The position numbers and the translations under genes were made by a program. Positions 1 to 10,162 of a stretch of DNA of 37,211 nucleotides are shown piece by piece (positions within the stretch are counted from its first letter, which is position 1; each line of letters opens with the position of its first letter). Source of the stretch: an uncultured Gammaproteobacteria bacterium (GTDB lineage: Bacteria > Pseudomonadota > Gammaproteobacteria > Thiohalorhabdales > Thiohalorhabdaceae); NCBI GenBank assembly GCA_964452535.1, contig CAYVMM010000002.1, positions 1 to 37,211 on the forward strand, read 5' to 3'. A model generated the notes under the pieces. It was not told where the DNA came from. It saw nothing but the letters and a program-made list of their open reading frames with translations, and ran no database searches.

Positions 1-34
1 CTTGTTTGCTCATGCCAACGCAACGGAGCTGCCC

Positions 35-232
35 ATGGAGATCACACTAATCTGCGTTAGCAAGCGGGAGCATATTCAACGCGGCGGACACGTCTATTCC
101 ATAGAATTTACCAATACCGAGAACCTAGAAGACGGCATCCTAGATGCTACCTTTCACATTGAAACGTTCGATCCCGGAATCGCTGAGCACTTCACCATTA
201 ACGAGAGCTACAACTTTCAGCTCCCCGATTAA
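35..232 (+). CDS. Small acidic hypothetical protein (~65 aa)
   Basis: ATG at 35 with GGAG at 25-28; TAA at 230-232. The frame is open to the window edge, so it could instead be the end of a longer gene. No family recognised. Confidence 0.55.
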   Translation: MEITLICVSKREHIQRGGHVYSIEFTNTENLEDGILDATFHIETFDPGIAEHFTINESYNFQLPD

Positions 233-287
233 TCCTTCTTTGTTGTTTCGGCCTAGAGCGGCAGCCGGTCTAATCAATCGGTGTCAG

Positions 288-357
288 AGCTCGCTTTAGC
301 GGGTGACTGCCTTAGCAGACATTGGGGCCAATTCGGCATCGCCCGCTAAAGCGGGCT
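288..357 (+). other. Long imperfect inverted repeat / RNA stem between convergent genes
   Basis: 288-306 AGCTCGCTTTAGCGGGTGA pairs with 339-357 TCGCCCGCTAAAGCGGGCT (19 bp, two G-U on +). An alternative hairpin GCCCGC-TAAA-GCGGGC lies at 341-356. Confidence 0.5.
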
Positions 358-408
358 GCTACCAGGGCTAGGGTGTATCTAACAAGACAGTATTCAGGGA
401 GCGGATCG

Positions 409-687
409 TTAACCGACCCGCTCCTTCAATTTGGAACCGGCCTTGAACCGGGGGATCACCTTGGCCTCGATTCGCTGACGGGCGCCTGTCTGGGGGTTCA
501 CGCCATTGCGAGCCGCCTGCGTCGAGACCATAAACTTACCGAACCCCGTTAGATTAACTTCCTCCTTACTTGCAAGGGCCTCCGTGATCTCCTCAGTAAA
601 GGCATCCAGGAATCGCTGGGCTTCCGATTTGGAGACGCCCATCCGCTCGGCAAGCTGAACTACCAAATCCTGCTTGTTGATTGCCAT
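409..687 (-). CDS. hup: HU/IHF-family DNA-binding protein (HU-like, 92 aa)
   Basis: NKQDLV...GFGKF...NPQTG...PRFKAGSKLKE signature; start moved to ATG 687, with an AAGGAG SD. Confidence 0.92.
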   Translation of the reverse strand: MAINKQDLVVQLAERMGVSKSEAQRFLDAFTEEITEALASKEEVNLTGFGKFMVSTQAARNGVNPQTGARQRIEAKVIPRFKAGSKLKERVG

Positions 688-720
688 TGCCGTCTCCTTG
701 GCCGTTTGCAAAGGACGGCG

Positions 721-749
721 AAAGTGCATTGAAAACCCGCTCCTGTCAA
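721..749 (-). promoter_or_regulatory. Possible sigma70 promoter for hup
   Basis: Perfect TTGACA (749-744), 17 nt spacer, weak -10 CACTTT. Confidence 0.35.
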
Positions 750-788
750 GCCACAGCCAAACTGACCGGCTTACTAACAGTCGGGGCC

Positions 789-1565
789 CTAGGTTTGAGG
801 GCAGGCAAATAGCCGACGGAAATTCTCGGTGGTGGCCGCGGCTAGCTCCTCGAAGGGCTCTCCCCGCTCTTCCGCCACCCGTTCAGCGGTGTAACGGACG
901 AAGGCCGGCTGGTTCGGCTTGCCGCGGTAGGGCTCTGGGGCCAGATAGGGACTATCCGTCTCGACCAGGATCCGATCACGCGGGACCCTTCGGGCAACTT
1001 CCCGCAGATCCGGGGCGTTCTTGAAGGTCACAATCCCCGAGAAGCTGATGTAGAAACCGGCCTCCAGGGCGGCGCGAGCAGTCTCCCAATCCTCCGCGAA
1101 GCAGTGCATAACCCCTTCCACACCTACCTTCGAGGCCTCCTGGACCCAGGCTACAGTATCCTCGCGAGCGGAGCGGGAATGGACGATCAGGGGAAGGCCG
1201 CACTGCCGGGCCGCTTCGATGTGGGTTCGGAATCGAGCCTTCTGGATAGTGGAATCTACCTGTTGTCGATAATAATCTAACCCGGTCTCACCAAGCCCTA
1301 CCACCTTGGGGTGATCCACCAGCTCCAGCAAGCGGTCAGGATCCGGTTCCTCGACCTCAGCGTAATTCGGATGGACCCCCACAGTAGCGAAGATCTCCGG
1401 ATCGCTTTCGGCCATTGCCAATACCCGCGGGCATTCTTCCAGGCAAACTCCGATATCGAGTAGATAGCGCACCCCGGTCTCGCGGGCACTTCGGATTATT
1501 GTCTCTCGATTCCCGTCGAAATCGGGAAAATCGATATGGCAATGGCTGTCGACCAATTCGACCAA
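789..1565 (-). CDS. tatD: TatD-family deoxyribonuclease (YcfH-like)
   Basis: DSHCH, GVHP, GETGLDY, HSR, HCF and ETDSPYLAP motifs; usual position downstream of holB. Confidence 0.95.
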   Translation of the reverse strand: MVELVDSHCHIDFPDFDGNRETIIRSARETGVRYLLDIGVCLEECPRVLAMAESDPEIFATVGVHPNYAEVEEPDPDRLLELVDHPKVVGLGETGLDYYRQQVDSTIQKARFRTHIEAARQCGLPLIVHSRSAREDTVAWVQEASKVGVEGVMHCFAEDWETARAALEAGFYISFSGIVTFKNAPDLREVARRVPRDRILVETDSPYLAPEPYRGKPNQPAFVRYTAERVAEERGEPFEELAAATTENFRRLFACPQT

Positions 1566-1576
1566 GGGGGTGCCCC

Positions 1577-3127
1577 CTATCTTTCTGGCTCTGGCATCTT
1601 CGAGAACACCGGCTCGGGTTGGGCGACGTGCAGGACCTGCGGACGAATGCCCCAGCGGGCATCGGGCTCGAGCCGCTTGTCAGTTGGATCGTAGCCCATC
1701 TGCCCGAACATGCGCGCGCATGTACTGGGCATGAAAGGCCAAAGGCAAAGGACCGCTACCCGTACCGTCTCCAAGAGATTGGCCAGTACCACTCGCAAGC
1801 GCTCTGTTTGCCCTTGTTTATTTAGCTGCCAAGGAACGGTCTCGTCGACGTACAGATTCCCGCGGCGAATGACTTCGAACACGCCCTCCAAGGCTCGGTG
1901 GAAGCGCAAATGCTCCATGTGCTCGCTGAAAGGATCGGCTAGGGCATTGACTTGCTCGCTCAGATCGGCATCCGGGGGCGTTTCGACAGCCGGTAGAGGG
2001 ACCTCCTTCCCTAAGTATTTGTGCTGCATGGCCAGGCTTCGGTTAAGGAGATTGCCGAGGTCGTTGGCCAGCTCCTCATTGGCCCGGCGTACCATAGCCG
2101 AATGGGAAAAATCCCCATCCTGACCAAAGGGAACCTCCCGGAGCAGGAAGTAGCGCAGCTGATCCGTTCCGTAGTAATCCACTAGCTCGAAGGGATCCAG
2201 GACATTACCCTTCGATTTAGACATCTTCTCCCCTTCTTTCGTCCACCAACCGTGCGCGTAGATCTGGCGAGGAATGGGCAGATCGGCAGCTTTGAGCAGT
2301 GCCGGCCAGTAGATCGCATGGAAGCGCAGGATATCCTTACCGATCAGATGGATGTCGGCTGGCCAATACCGATCGTAAAGCGAGGGATCGTCCGAGCCAT
2401 AACCGAGGGCGCTGATGTAGTTAGTCAGGGCATCGATCCAAACATAGATGACATGGTCCGGATCCTCTGGAACGGTAATGCCCCAAGTGAAGGTAGTCCG
2501 ACTAATGGAAAGGTCATGGAGCCCCTGGTCGAGGAAGCTTAGGATCTCTTTACGAAAATTCTCGGGTTGGATGAATTCGGGATGCCTTCGGATGTAGTCG
2601 GTTAGCCACCGCTGATAATCGGAGAGCCGGAAGAAATAGCTTTCCTCCTGCACCCGCTCCAAGGGCTGGCCGGAGATCGCATCACAGCCATCAATCACTT
2701 GACTGTCAGGCACATAGGCCTCATCGCTGACATTGTACCAACCCTCATAAACGCCCTTATAGATCGCCCCTTGTTCGCGCAGGCGGCCCCAGAGCTTGCG
2801 AACGCCTTGCACGTGCCGATCTTCGGTGGTTCGGATAAAATCGTCAGCGCCAATATAAAGCCTTTCCCATAGGACCTGGAAACGCTGGACGACGCGATCC
2901 GCTAGCTCCTGAGGGTCGATCCCTTGCTGCTGGGCCGAACGCTCCACCTTGAGTCCGTGCTCATCCGTGCCCGTCAAGAAATAGACATCCCGACCAAGGA
3001 GCCGCTGAAACCGAGCTACTACATCAGCAGCGATAGTGGTATAGGCATGGCCGATGTGGGGAATATCATTGACATAATAGATTGGCGTCGTCAGAAAATA
3101 CTTTTCTTGGGAAGACTTTTCCGCCAT
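1577..3127 (-). CDS. metG: Methionine--tRNA ligase, short form (516 aa)
   Basis: TTPIYYVND, HIGH, GTDEHG, YVWIDAL, GKDILRFH and KMSKS motifs. Confidence 0.97.
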   Translation of the reverse strand: MAEKSSQEKYFLTTPIYYVNDIPHIGHAYTTIAADVVARFQRLLGRDVYFLTGTDEHGLKVERSAQQQGIDPQELADRVVQRFQVLWERLYIGADDFIRTTEDRHVQGVRKLWGRLREQGAIYKGVYEGWYNVSDEAYVPDSQVIDGCDAISGQPLERVQEESYFFRLSDYQRWLTDYIRRHPEFIQPENFRKEILSFLDQGLHDLSISRTTFTWGITVPEDPDHVIYVWIDALTNYISALGYGSDDPSLYDRYWPADIHLIGKDILRFHAIYWPALLKAADLPIPRQIYAHGWWTKEGEKMSKSKGNVLDPFELVDYYGTDQLRYFLLREVPFGQDGDFSHSAMVRRANEELANDLGNLLNRSLAMQHKYLGKEVPLPAVETPPDADLSEQVNALADPFSEHMEHLRFHRALEGVFEVIRRGNLYVDETVPWQLNKQGQTERLRVVLANLLETVRVAVLCLWPFMPSTCARMFGQMGYDPTDKRLEPDARWGIRPQVLHVAQPEPVFSKMPEPER

Positions 3128-3182
3128 TGGTATCCAGCTCCCACCTCGTGGCTGGCCTGGATAGCCCGCATGCTCGGGGTAT

Positions 3183-4196
3183 TCAGTGGCTTGGACCGGC
3201 TCGACGCCAGCTCAGCAAGAAGGCCTCCGCTGCCAAGCGGGTACTCTCGGGACCGAAGACCGCCCTAGCGAGGTAGTCAAAAGCGACCATGAGTCCCTCG
3301 AGCTCCTGGAAGCTCAAGCCTTTTGCATGCGCCTTGACTCGATCCTCGACGTCGGTATTGATCAGGCCTCGACTCCGACCGGCAGTTACAATAACACGGG
3401 CCATATCCCGTAGCCAGGCTCGAAGGTAAGGTAGCCAGGCCTCGGTTTCCCCATTGGTCCAGCTTTCGGCCACCTCCAATAGGGACCCCCCGCTGCCCCA
3501 TCGGGCCGTATCCAGCCCTGCGATCACGGATCGGCGCTCTGCGAGCAGATCCCGCTGACCTAGGAGCTCAGCCCACCCGGGAGACCCACCCGCCAAGCGG
3601 GCGGCGAAGACGGCCCTATCGTTTTGCAGCCCGAGACGGCCTTGGAGCCAAGGGGCAATTGTGTCCGAGGTCACCGGTAAAAAGGGGAAGGTCTGACAGC
3701 GGCTGCGGATGGTGAGCGGTAATCGGTTCGGGCGATGGCTAAGGAGCAGGAAGACCGTTGCTCCGGGTGGCTCCTCCAGGATCTTCAGTAAGGCATTGGC
3801 GGCGTACGGATTCAAGGCCTCGGCCGGGTCCATCAGCAATACTCGGATCCTGCTCTCCCGCGCACTCAAGTGCAGATGGCGGATTTGCTCTCGAACGCAG
3901 TCGATCCGGATCTCCTGCCCTGGCTCGACGGTAAGCCAAGTGAAGTCTGGGGCCGTCCCAGCCTGGAAGTGGAAACAGGGGGAACAGCTCAAGCACGGCT
4001 CGGCGGTGGGACCTCGTGCGCAGAGAAGCCCCGCTGCCATACCGAGAGCTGCGGTGCATTTGCCTACCCCTTCGGGACCGGTGAAGAGCAGTCCGTGAGG
4101 CAGGCGCCCTCCCTCCAGAATTGCCCGGAGGCGTCGGGTGGTAGCCTCTTGGCCGATTAAGCCCCGCAGCGGATCGGTCACCCTTGCCCATTCCAC
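3183..4196 (-). CDS. holB: DNA polymerase III subunit delta'
   Basis: HGLLFTGPEGVGK, Cys-rich zinc module, AANALLKILEEPP, TIRSRCQ; follows tmk. Confidence 0.92.
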   Translation of the reverse strand: MEWARVTDPLRGLIGQEATTRRLRAILEGGRLPHGLLFTGPEGVGKCTAALGMAAGLLCARGPTAEPCLSCSPCFHFQAGTAPDFTWLTVEPGQEIRIDCVREQIRHLHLSARESRIRVLLMDPAEALNPYAANALLKILEEPPGATVFLLLSHRPNRLPLTIRSRCQTFPFLPVTSDTIAPWLQGRLGLQNDRAVFAARLAGGSPGWAELLGQRDLLAERRSVIAGLDTARWGSGGSLLEVAESWTNGETEAWLPYLRAWLRDMARVIVTAGRSRGLINTDVEDRVKAHAKGLSFQELEGLMVAFDYLARAVFGPESTRLAAEAFLLSWRRAGPSH

Positions 4197-4822
4197 TCGG
4201 CCAGTTCCCGGGCCAGCCAGTCATCTAAGGCCCGTGCCACGTCAGGCCAGTCTTTCCCCGCTTGGATCCACCAGATTCGGTCCGGCTCCGCCCGGGCGCG
4301 CTCCTGGTAGGCAACGCGCACTCGCTCAAGGAACGCCCCTTCCTCTCCTTCAAAGCAGTCATCGATCCGACCGACCCTCCGCCGTCGCCGTAGGGCTTCC
4401 GCTACTGTGATATCAAAGAAAAGGGTTCGATCGGGCCGCAGTCCCTGCTGAACCCACTCCTCTAGGATCCGAACCCGCTTCGGGGGCACCCCCCGACCGC
4501 TCCCTTGATAGGCGTAAGTGGCGTCCGTGAATCGATCGCAAAGGACCCAAATCCCAGCCTCGAGTGCGGGTCGAATCACCTTCGCCACATGCTGAGCCCG
4601 GGCAGCAAATACGAGTAAGGTCTCCGTATCCGCTACCAGGGCTTCTTTCTCCCTGCCTTTTAGTAGGCCACGCAGGCTCTCTCCGATCTCGGTTCCGCCA
4701 GGCTCTCGGCTCGCGACCATTGTTACACCGCGGGCCCGCAGCTGATCCGCCACATACCTTAGCGCGGTGGTCTTGCCGGCGCCATCGATGCCTTCAAAGG
4801 TAATGAAGTGGCCCCAACACAC
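4178..4822 (-). CDS. tmk: Thymidylate kinase
   Basis: FITFEGIDGAGKTT P-loop, REPGGT, CDRFTDATYAYQG. Confidence 0.96.
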   Translation of the reverse strand: MCWGHFITFEGIDGAGKTTALRYVADQLRARGVTMVASREPGGTEIGESLRGLLKGREKEALVADTETLLVFAARAQHVAKVIRPALEAGIWVLCDRFTDATYAYQGSGRGVPPKRVRILEEWVQQGLRPDRTLFFDITVAEALRRRRRVGRIDDCFEGEEGAFLERVRVAYQERARAEPDRIWWIQAGKDWPDVARALDDWLARELAEWNGQG

Positions 4823-4826
4823 CGTT

Positions 4827-5870
4827 TCAGGGAGCTCTCAGCTGATATCGGCGTACGGCTCGGTTATGCTCCTGCAACGTTTCCGAGAAAACGTGCTGGC
4901 CATTGCCCTGGGAAACAAAGTACCGAGCTTCGGTACTGGCTGGCTGGCAAACGGCTCGGATTGCCCGTCGACCGGGGTTGGCGATGGGGGTCGGAGGCAA
5001 TCCCAGTTTTTGATAGGTGTTATAGGGGGAGGAGCTGGCTAGATCGCTCTCCTGAAGGTTGCCACTAAACGCTTCCCCCAGCCCATAGATGACCGTGGGA
5101 TCGGCTTGCAGTCGCATGCCAGTGCGGAGACGGTTCAAAAAGACTCCGGCGATAAGAGGACGCTCCTCCGGCATGGCCGTTTCCTTTTCCACAATGGAGG
5201 CAAGGATCAAGGCCTCGTAGGATCCAGTCAAGGGCAATCCCTCGGATCGATTGGCCCATTCCTCAGCTAAAACGGTTCGCATGCGCCGGTGGCTTCGCTT
5301 TAGGAGGGCCTTTGCCCGATCTCCCCGTTGGAAGCGATAGGTATCGGGGAAGAGCCATCCCTCGGCGTGAGGATACTCTTTTTCCGATAGGCCCAGGAAG
5401 CGGGTCAGGGCCGGGTCTCGGGGCCCATAGGGGAGCTCGGCGGTATCCAAGCCCTTCGTTTCCCGCAGTCGCTCCAAGAATCGGGCCACCTTCCATCCCT
5501 CCGGAAGGGTTACCGAACGGGAGGCTACCCGGCCTTTTGCCAAAGCCTTTAGTAGGGTAAGCGGCGTTGTGTGCGGCTCGACGCGATATTCCCCGGCGCG
5601 GATCCGGGCCGTAATCCCGAGGTAGCGTCCCAGTAATTGCAGCGCCAGGGCATCCTCAGGCCTAGCCAGGCCCTTGGCTATCAGCCGAGCCGCCACGGCG
5701 TTGTAGCTAGCGCCCTCGGGAACAACAAGGATCGTTTCCTTAGCAACCGGCAGCGGGGAGGTGGCAAAGCGGTAGAGATAGCCGCCCAATCCGGCCAGGA
5801 CCACCACCCCCGTCCCCACTAGGAATCCCGTCAAACTCCCAAGCCGACTCGGCGCTGGCCAATTAGGCAT
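4827..5870 (-). CDS. mltG: Endolytic transglycosylase MltG (YceG)
   Basis: N-terminal TM segment, EGWLFPDTY, LASIVEKET, LQADPTV, SPYNTY, GLPPTPIANPG; ATG 5870 overlaps the end of pabC. Confidence 0.94.
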   Translation of the reverse strand: MPNWPAPSRLGSLTGFLVGTGVVVLAGLGGYLYRFATSPLPVAKETILVVPEGASYNAVAARLIAKGLARPEDALALQLLGRYLGITARIRAGEYRVEPHTTPLTLLKALAKGRVASRSVTLPEGWKVARFLERLRETKGLDTAELPYGPRDPALTRFLGLSEKEYPHAEGWLFPDTYRFQRGDRAKALLKRSHRRMRTVLAEEWANRSEGLPLTGSYEALILASIVEKETAMPEERPLIAGVFLNRLRTGMRLQADPTVIYGLGEAFSGNLQESDLASSSPYNTYQKLGLPPTPIANPGRRAIRAVCQPASTEARYFVSQGNGQHVFSETLQEHNRAVRRYQLRAP

Positions 5871-6717
5871 AGGCCCACTCCAAGGCATTCTGTAGCTGAC
5901 GAGTGACCCGCCCCGGGGCTTGCGGTAGGGGGCACCCGCCGTGCTCTCGGATCGGCCAAATGCCGACGATCGAGTTGGTCAGGAAAAGCTCCTCGGCGAC
6001 CTCAAGATCTTCCGGATACAGCTCGCCGATTGTGGCAGGAATCCCTTGCGCCTGGGCCAGTTCCAAGACCCGGCCTCGGGTCACACCTGGCAGACCCGCC
6101 CCGGACAGATCGGGAGTCAGCAAGGTCCCCGCCCGGACCGCAAATAGGTTGCTCGCCGTTGCTTCAATGATGCGACCTGCTGAGTCGCAAAGGAGGCCTT
6201 CTGCGATGCTTGGATCCTGCCATTCCATTCGGGCTGCAATGTGATTAAGCTGATTCATGGTCTTGATGCGACCATCCAGTGCGGCACCGCTCATCTGCCG
6301 GGTCCGACAATTAATGGTCCGTACCCCTTCCCGGCACCATTGGGGAGGATAATCCGGCCAAGGAAGACGCATGAGCACTCGGGTGGGCTCGGGCACTTGG
6401 GGGGGAGCCAAGCCACGTCCCCCCTTGCCTCGAGTATAAAGGATCTTCAGGACCGCTCGATCTTCTGAGGTCAAGCCCCGGATCATCCATTCGATTTCCT
6501 GGGTCAAGACCCCACGATCCGGAAGCGGGATGGCAAGGAGTCGAGCGCCCAGGGCAAGCCGATCCAAATGGGCCTCTTGCTCCCGGATCCGGCCTTGGGT
6601 TATGGCTAAGGTCTCAAAGACCCCATCGCCGTACTGAAACCCTCGATCAAAAACGGAAACGCTCGCTGAGGCCGGCTCGTAGGCTTGGCCGTTGATTAGA
6701 ACCGTAGAGGGACGCAT
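5863..6717 (-). CDS. pabC: Aminodeoxychorismate lyase (class IV PLP enzyme)
   Basis: DRGFQYGDGVFET, HLDRL, catalytic K in IKTMN, EATASNLF, GVTRG, LTNS; sits between fabF and mltG. Confidence 0.9.
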   Translation of the reverse strand: MRPSTVLINGQAYEPASASVSVFDRGFQYGDGVFETLAITQGRIREQEAHLDRLALGARLLAIPLPDRGVLTQEIEWMIRGLTSEDRAVLKILYTRGKGGRGLAPPQVPEPTRVLMRLPWPDYPPQWCREGVRTINCRTRQMSGAALDGRIKTMNQLNHIAARMEWQDPSIAEGLLCDSAGRIIEATASNLFAVRAGTLLTPDLSGAGLPGVTRGRVLELAQAQGIPATIGELYPEDLEVAEELFLTNSIVGIWPIREHGGCPLPQAPGRVTRQLQNALEWAYA

Positions 6718-6777
6718 GGCAGTTGCGGCGCCTAGGCTCCTGCATTCGGCTGGGGCCTCATCAGAGCCAAACCGGAA

Positions 6778-8016
6778 TCAAGCCTGCGTAAGCACAAGGG
6801 ACGCGTTAGTGCCCCCAAAGCCGAAGGAATTGCTGACCACTGCCTGAAGCTCCCGCTTTCGAGCCTGGCCGGGGACGTAATCCAGATCGCACTCGGGGTC
6901 GGGTTGCTCCAAATTGATGGTAGGCGGAACAAGACCTTTTTCTAGAGCCAAGGCAGAGATAATGCTCTCCACACCACCGGCTGCCCCGAGCATGTGCCCT
7001 ACCATGGATTTGGTCGAGCTAACGAGCAGCTCGTAGGCGTGGCTTCCAAAGACCGCTTTAATGGCCAAGGTTTCCACCTGATCGCCAGTGGGCGTGGATG
7101 TACCGTGGGCATTGATGTAATCAATGGCCGTAGGGGGTAGTCCGCTATCGGCCAAGGCCTGCTCCATGCAACGGATGGCTCCGGAGCCGTCCTCACTGGG
7201 CGCCGTCATGTGATAGGCATCACCGCTCATCCCATAACCGGCGACCTCAGCGTAGATGCGAGCCCCTCGCTCAAGAGCGAGCTCCCGTTCCTCTAGGACC
7301 AAAACGCCCGCCCCTTCCCCTAATACAAAGCCGTTGCGCTCAGCATCGAAGGGCCGACTCGCGCGGTGGGGCTCGTCATTGCGAGTGGAAAGGGCCTTGG
7401 AGGCAGCGAAGCCCCCAACCGTTAGGGGCGATACGCAAGCCTCGCTACCGCCGGCAATCATGGCATCGGCATCCCCGTATTGGATGAGGCGGGCTGCCTC
7501 CCCAATGGCATGAGTCCCCGTAGCGCACGCAGTAACCGTGGCAATATTGGGCCCTCTCGCCCCATAGAGGATGGAAACATGACCGGACACCATGTTGATG
7601 ATGGAAGCGGGGATAAAGAAAGGCGAGATCTTACGAGGACCGCCATTTAAGTAATTTTCATGAGTCTTCTCAATGGATGGCAGGCCGCCAATTCCGGATC
7701 CGATGGCCACGCCGACTCGGTCGGCGTTATCCGAGGCAATTGCCAATCCGGAATCCCTGATGGCCATTGCTGCCGAACCGATCCCGTAATGGATGAAGGT
7801 ATCCATCTTGCGCAGATCCTTCTTGGGAATGAACTCGGCTGGGTCGAATCCCTTCACCTCGCCTGCGATCTGAGAGGCGAATTCGGAGGCATCGAAATGA
7901 GTAATAGTATCGATGCCGCTGTGTCCCTCGACAAAGGCCTGCCAAGAGGTTGCAGCGGTATTCCCCACTGGGGTCACCATTCCCACACCCGTGATCACTA
8001 CCCGACGACGTACCAC
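6778..8016 (-). CDS. fabF: 3-oxoacyl-ACP synthase II
   Basis: [34 protein letters not shown]. Confidence 0.97.
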   Translation of the reverse strand: MVRRRVVITGVGMVTPVGNTAATSWQAFVEGHSGIDTITHFDASEFASQIAGEVKGFDPAEFIPKKDLRKMDTFIHYGIGSAAMAIRDSGLAIASDNADRVGVAIGSGIGGLPSIEKTHENYLNGGPRKISPFFIPASIINMVSGHVSILYGARGPNIATVTACATGTHAIGEAARLIQYGDADAMIAGGSEACVSPLTVGGFAASKALSTRNDEPHRASRPFDAERNGFVLGEGAGVLVLEERELALERGARIYAEVAGYGMSGDAYHMTAPSEDGSGAIRCMEQALADSGLPPTAIDYINAHGTSTPTGDQVETLAIKAVFGSHAYELLVSSTKSMVGHMLGAAGGVESIISALALEKGLVPPTINLEQPDPECDLDYVPGQARKRELQAVVSNSFGFGGTNASLVLTQA

Positions 8017-8081
8017 TTGCTGTCTCTCTTCCCGGACTCCGGATTGCCTTCGAATGAGCCTTCCGCCGGCTGCCAGCGGGC

Positions 8082-8321
8082 TCAGTTACTCGTGTTATTG
8101 TTGATGTAGTTGATGGCTTCTTGGACCGTTGTAATCTTCTCGGCTTCCTCGTCGGGAATCTCGCAACCGAATTCCTCTTCGAGTGCCATCACCAGCTCGA
8201 CCGTGTCGAGGGAATCTGCGCCTAGATCATCAACGAAAGAGGCCTCGGTAGAGATCTCGTCCTCTCCCAAGCCTAGCTGCTCGGATACGATCCGCTTAAC
8301 GCGCTCGTCGGTTTCGCTCAT
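8082..8321 (-). CDS. acpP: Acyl carrier protein
   Basis: [20 protein letters not shown] phosphopantetheine site; ATG 8321 with a GGGAGGA SD. Confidence 0.97.
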   Translation of the reverse strand: MSETDERVKRIVSEQLGLGEDEISTEASFVDDLGADSLDTVELVMALEEEFGCEIPDEEAEKITTVQEAINYINNNTSN

Positions 8322-8442
8322 GCTGACCGTTCCTCCCTGCCAGGGTGGGTCCAAGGCCCGGATGGGTTACCATATTTCCCGGGCCAACTCAATCACACGT
8401 CCCTCCTGCTGTCTCGCTCCACGAGCTGGTCCAGCTGAGGGC

Positions 8443-9183
8443 TCAGCCCATATACATGCCACCGTTCACGTGGAGAGTTGCCCCTGTTATGTAGCTTGCC
8501 CCCGGTCCGGCCAAGAAAGCCACCGCCTCGGCCACATCCGAAGGGGCACCGAACCGGCCCAGGGGGATTTGGGCAAGCAGGTCCTCCCGCTGCTCTTCCG
8601 GAAAATCGGCCGTCATATCCGTCCCGATGAAGCCGGGAGACACGGCGTTCACCGTGATGCCGCGAGGGCCAAGCTCGCGCGCAGCGGAGCGGGTGAAGCC
8701 TAGGATCCCGGCTTTGGCGGAAGCGTAGTTGGCTTGGCCGGCGTTCCCCGTTTCCCCAACCAGTGAAGCGATATGAATGATTCGTCCACTACGGGCTTTG
8801 ACCATGGGGCGAGTGACCGCACGCGTCAGCCGGAAGACCGAGGTAAGATTAGTCTCGAGCACCGCTTGCCAGTCTTCGTCCTTCATCCGCATGAGTAGCC
8901 CATCACGGGTGATTCCGGCATTATTCACCAGGATTGCCGGGGGACCGAGCTCGGCCTGAACGGTTTGGATAAAGGGATCAATGGCTTCGGCATCGGCCAC
9001 ATCCAGCGCGTAACCCTGAGCTGCTATCCCCCCCTGGTGGAGCACCTCCGCCGTCTCGCGGGCCCCTTCTGAGGTAGTCGCGGTGGCAGCTATCTGGGCC
9101 CCCAAGCTCCCTAAGCGCTCGGCCACTGCCCGGCCGATCCCGCGGCTGGCCCCGGTGACAATAGCGATCCTCCCATCTAACAT
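8443..9183 (-). CDS. fabG: 3-oxoacyl-ACP reductase
   Basis: TGASRGIG, NNAGITRD, NYASAK, PGFIGTDMT. Confidence 0.97.
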   Translation of the reverse strand: MLDGRIAIVTGASRGIGRAVAERLGSLGAQIAATATTSEGARETAEVLHQGGIAAQGYALDVADAEAIDPFIQTVQAELGPPAILVNNAGITRDGLLMRMKDEDWQAVLETNLTSVFRLTRAVTRPMVKARSGRIIHIASLVGETGNAGQANYASAKAGILGFTRSAARELGPRGITVNAVSPGFIGTDMTADFPEEQREDLLAQIPLGRFGAPSDVAEAVAFLAGPGASYITGATLHVNGGMYMG

Positions 9184-9197
9184 GTTTCTTCCTTTGC

Positions 9198-10130
9198 CTA
9201 GCTCGTATCCGCTAGCGCCTTTTCAAGGCTGGTCGCATCTTGCAGGGAATGGCAACTCATTGCCCCATCGATGCGCCTGTTAAGACCGCATAAGATCTTA
9301 CCAGGCCCCATCTCCAAGGCCCGATCAACCCCCTCACAACGCAGGCGCTCCACTAGCTGTGTCCATCGTACGGGACGGGTCACTTGGCGGATTAAGGCCT
9401 CCCGTAGGGACTCAGCCGCCTGGACCGGCACCGCATCGACATTGGTCAGGAGCGGAACTTGGGAAGCTTGGATGGCCACCTCAGCCAGGCGCTCCCTTAG
9501 CCGTTGCGAAGCCGGCTCCATCAAAGCACAGTGGGAAGGGATGGAAACGGAAAGCTCCACTGTCCGCTTGGCCCCAGCCCGGATGGCTGCCTCCATCACA
9601 GTCTCGACGGCGTCGGTATGGCCGGCTATTACCACCTGTTCCGGGGCGTTGATATTGGCTGGTTGAACCACCCCTTTACCCTGCGTCTCGTCGCAAATGC
9701 TTTGCACCTTGTCCTTGCCCAGCCCGAGGATGGCTGCCATTTTGCCCTCCCCATCGGGGACGGCCTCTTGCATGAAACGGGCGCGATCAGCCACCAAACC
9801 AATTGCCTCGGGGAAAGCTAGGCTCCCGGCAGCCACAAGGGCACTGTATTCACCCAGGCTGTGACCAGCTACCAGCGCAGGCATGGCTCCTCCCCGATGC
9901 TGCCAGAGACGAGTCACAGCCACCCCTACGGCGAGCATGGCCGGCTGGGTATTCTCCGTCCGGTTCAGCTCCGCCTCAGGGCCATCCCGGATCAGTGTAA
10001 CCAAATCCCGACCGAGAGCTTCGGAGGCTTCCTCCAGCGTACGGCCGACAACATTATCCGGATCCGGAAAGCCGCTTAGCATACCGACGCTCTGGGAGCC
10101 CTGCCCCGGGAAGAGGCAAGCAAAGGCCAT
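9198..10130 (-). CDS. fabD: Malonyl-CoA:ACP transacylase
   Basis: FPGQGSQ, TQPAML, GHSLGEY, PSHCALM. Confidence 0.97.
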   Translation of the reverse strand: MAFACLFPGQGSQSVGMLSGFPDPDNVVGRTLEEASEALGRDLVTLIRDGPEAELNRTENTQPAMLAVGVAVTRLWQHRGGAMPALVAGHSLGEYSALVAAGSLAFPEAIGLVADRARFMQEAVPDGEGKMAAILGLGKDKVQSICDETQGKGVVQPANINAPEQVVIAGHTDAVETVMEAAIRAGAKRTVELSVSIPSHCALMEPASQRLRERLAEVAIQASQVPLLTNVDAVPVQAAESLREALIRQVTRPVRWTQLVERLRCEGVDRALEMGPGKILCGLNRRIDGAMSCHSLQDATSLEKALADTS

Positions 10131-10162
10131 GATGGCGACTTCTCCCTCTCAGTAGACGCAAA

